Source: an uncultured Bacteroidota bacterium (lineage in GTDB: Bacteria > Bacteroidota > Bacteroidia > UKL13-3). From it: a stretch of DNA of 64,000 nt. Both the position numbers and the translations under genes were made by a program. The DNA is taken from NCBI GenBank assembly GCA_903850915.1, contig CAINMV010000009.1, positions 64,599 to 128,598 on the forward strand, written 5' to 3'. The notes below the pieces were generated by a model. It had not been told where the DNA came from. It worked only from the letters and a program-made list of their open reading frames with translations, and ran no database searches. Shown here in pieces: positions 61,730 through 64,000 of this stretch (position 1 is its first letter; each line of letters starts with the position of its first letter).

Positions 61730-63358
61730 TTATTCTATTTCAATTTTTTGAGTAGCAATACCATCGTTAGTAAGTATTTTCACCAAATAAAGTCCTGTGG
61801 TCAATGTCGTTTCGTTGAAATTGATGGTGTTAATTCCGTTTTTGAAAGATGCAACTTGCGAAGCAACCATTTTACCTGATAGGTCATACACGGTAACCAT
61901 CACATCGGATGGTTGATTCAAATTTACTGAAACAGCGAAGCTTCCATTTGATGGATTCGGGTAAACTAAAGCTTTGATAGTGTTTATCGTATTGTTGATA
62001 CCAATTGATGCTGGTGTATACGAATTAGCGGCTATTAGTCCGTCGGTGAAGTCTGCACCTGTAGCTGCTGCTGATGTAGTAGCTGGACGATAATCAGGAG
62101 TTAAAAAGTTGTAAGGTGTAATTAATAAGCCAGCCGTAGAAGCTAATGTGTCGTTACTTTTACCTGCAAACCAATTGTAAATGTTGAATGTTCCAGCATT
62201 TACTTGTAAGTTTTTTCCTGTGGGCATTCCAGCAATAATATTGTTTTTAAAACGTAAGCTATCTGTCGATGCGTTTAATTCGCATGCCGTACCATCAATA
62301 TGATAACCAGAAGTCCAATCCATTAATAGTGAATTATAAATAGAGATATAAGAATTACGACGGATGCGAATTGCTCGACGGAATTTAGGGTCTATTGTAT
62401 TGGTTGTGCTTCCTCTGTATGGTCCTATTAACGTTACATTTGAGAATTTAGCAGAAGTATAAGGTTGAGCTTCAGATCCTGCAGCATCATTATCTGATTC
62501 AAATCCTTCTGATGTTGAAGATGCAGATTGGTCGGCAATTGAAGGGTCGCGAACACCCAATAAAAATTGGTTCATTCCACCGTAACCGAAGTCAGTATCA
62601 AAGTCGTCATCTAGGCCACGGTAAGCCACTAAATATTTGCAATTAACTGCACCACCAAACCACTCAAATGAATCGTCATTAGTAAATGAACATTGGATAT
62701 GATCTATTTGTGTTAAAGAACCTACACCGCCAAATGTTAAACCGTTAAGTTCTTTGTCTGGTTGAAAAGGAAATCCTGCAAATTCTATACGTACATAAGA
62801 AAGTACACCTGAACTGTCATTATTGTTATTACCTCCATAATTTGCTTTTACAGCGTCTAAACCTCCTTCAATTATTGATGTTCCGCCAGCAGCGTTAATA
62901 AGACCTGCTCCACACAATACTACACCACCCCAATCTCCTAATCCTCTTGCGCCTGCAGCGAAGTTAGATGTGAAAATAATTGGATTTGTAGCTGTTCCTT
63001 TTGCGTTTATTTTTGAACCGCGACAAACAATTAAAGTTGCTTCTGTAGCTTTCTCACCACGAATAATAACACCAGGTTGAATTGTTAGTGTTGCACCACT
63101 TGTAACATAAACTTTGTTTTGCAATAAAATAATATCGCCTGTGCTCCAAGTTGTGTTGGTGGTGATATCTGCGTTTACTGTTTTGTTGGTAGCTCCATAA
63201 ACGGTGTTTTGTGGATCCCAATTACACCAGCCTTCAGTCCACATGGCTTTACCTGGGGCAAATGCACCTCTGTAGCTTACTTTTTCAAAAAATTTAACTT
63301 GCGAAAATGTAGTAGCGCAAATTAACAATACGATTAAGGTTGAATAGAATTTTCTCAT
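61730..63358 (-). CDS. secreted protein with T9SS C-terminal sorting domain, located directly after a TonB-dependent receptor gene
   Basis: Signal peptide MRKFYSTLIVLLICATTFSQ. C-terminal YPNPSNGSFAVSV...GLYLVKILTNDGIATQKIEIE T9SS CTD. Central Gly/Asp-rich region. Confidence 0.6.
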   Translation of the reverse strand: MRKFYSTLIVLLICATTFSQVKFFEKVSYRGAFAPGKAMWTEGWCNWDPQNTVYGATNKTVNADITTNTTWSTGDIILLQNKVYVTSGATLTIQPGVIIRGEKATEATLIVCRGSKINAKGTATNPIIFTSNFAAGARGLGDWGGVVLCGAGLINAAGGTSIIEGGLDAVKANYGGNNNNDSSGVLSYVRIEFAGFPFQPDKELNGLTFGGVGSLTQIDHIQCSFTNDDSFEWFGGAVNCKYLVAYRGLDDDFDTDFGYGGMNQFLLGVRDPSIADQSASSTSEGFESDNDAAGSEAQPYTSAKFSNVTLIGPYRGSTTNTIDPKFRRAIRIRRNSYISIYNSLLMDWTSGYHIDGTACELNASTDSLRFKNNIIAGMPTGKNLQVNAGTFNIYNWFAGKSNDTLASTAGLLITPYNFLTPDYRPATTSAAATGADFTDGLIAANSYTPASIGINNTINTIKALVYPNPSNGSFAVSVNLNQPSDVMVTVYDLSGKMVASQVASFKNGINTINFNETTLTTGLYLVKILTNDGIATQKIEIE

Positions 63359-63532
63359 TTTAAATAATTTCTTTGTGATATTTGTACTGCAAAATAACTC
63401 CCTCAACATGTTCCTAAGGTTAATGCCATGTTATGTATTTGTTATTAAAGGTTTTTTGCGAATTGTTTAATCTTGCAAAAAAAGTCGCTAAGAAATTCTT
63501 AGCGACTTAGTATATTATAGATTTTCTTTTGC

Positions 63533-64000
63533 TTAAAATTTGTAAGCAGCGCCAACACTAACAACTCTTCCTGTTGTTACATCGCTTATAATATTGTCGG
63601 AGTTGCTGTCCATTACTTTATTCTTGTTGGTATCCTGATAGAATATTTGTTTTTGAGCGAAACCATCTTTGATGTTAATTTTAACTTCAAGGTTGTTGTC
63701 CTTTAAAAAAGTTTTTGCAAGTTGAAAATCAATAATCGAACGTCCGTTTTCCCATATATTTGGTTCCAGGGCATTACCCACAATAGCAATACGTCGTCCA
63801 ATAATATTATAGGAAAGTGATGCGTTAAAGTGTTTTTTGTCATTAGCATATTGCAAGCCTGAGTTAATAATAAATGGCGATTGGCCCTGTAGTGGTCGTT
63901 TCTCTGCTGAGGAACCTGCAATGTCTGCCACGCTTATATCCGATTTAATAAGTGCAAGGTTCGTGTACACTGTTAAGCTATTTAATAAAGTATTCGTTGC
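63533..64000 (-). CDS. TonB-dependent receptor / OM beta-barrel, C-terminal part (runs off window end)
   Basis: Alternating-hydrophobic beta-strand pattern ending ...RVVSVGAAYKF (terminal aromatic). Confidence 0.55.
   Translation of the reverse strand, partial: ATNTLLNSLTVYTNLALIKSDISVADIAGSSAEKRPLQGQSPFIINSGLQYANDKKHFNASLSYNIIGRRIAIVGNALEPNIWENGRSIIDFQLAKTFLKDNNLEVKINIKDGFAQKQIFYQDTNKNKVMDSNSDNIISDVTTGRVVSVGAAYKF

Overview
This is a dense, mostly chromosomal window from a Bacteroidota-type genome. Hallmarks are at least four T9SS C-terminal sorting-domain cargo genes, a GldH-like gliding lipoprotein, the Bacteroidetes alternative GlmU, ribosomal protein L31 type B, several TonB-dependent receptors, and roughly 35-40% GC. 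About 90% of the window is coding.

Recognisable housekeeping genes include gyrB, pth, tpiA, rsmG, murQ, rlmD, rlmF, ruvX, a UvrD/PcrA helicase, gmd-fcl, a PduO-type cobalamin adenosyltransferase, methylmalonyl-CoA epimerase, Bcp, an agmatinase-family enzyme, tRNA-Phe, a LOG-family protein and an arsR-X-ACR3 arsenite operon.

I found no CRISPR arrays, IS elements, integrases, prophage genes or obvious toxin-antitoxin pairs.

The most system-like block of unknown function is a six-gene, translationally coupled MoxR AAA+/DUF58 module (15403-21700). It is preceded by a SpoIIM-like membrane protein, a polytopic membrane protein, a DUF4129-like gene and a DUF4350-like gene.

Second, 49348-49815 holds two decayed non-coding copies of neighbouring genes. 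One copies the helicase 3' end and one copies an internal TonB-receptor segment, in the order expected for the novel junction of an old tandem duplication.

Third, there is a long minus-strand block (29218-42443). It contains a 1593-aa T9SS beta-helix/Ig-repeat giant protein next to a TMTC/PMT-like TPR glycosyltransferase-like membrane protein, a Ycf48-like BNR protein and an N-terminally extended TlpA thioredoxin.

Fourth, the arsenic operon has no arsC and contains an uncharacterised 157-aa protein ending in CTPGAGCC.

All calls rest on reading the translated ORFs and remembered family motifs. No database search was possible.
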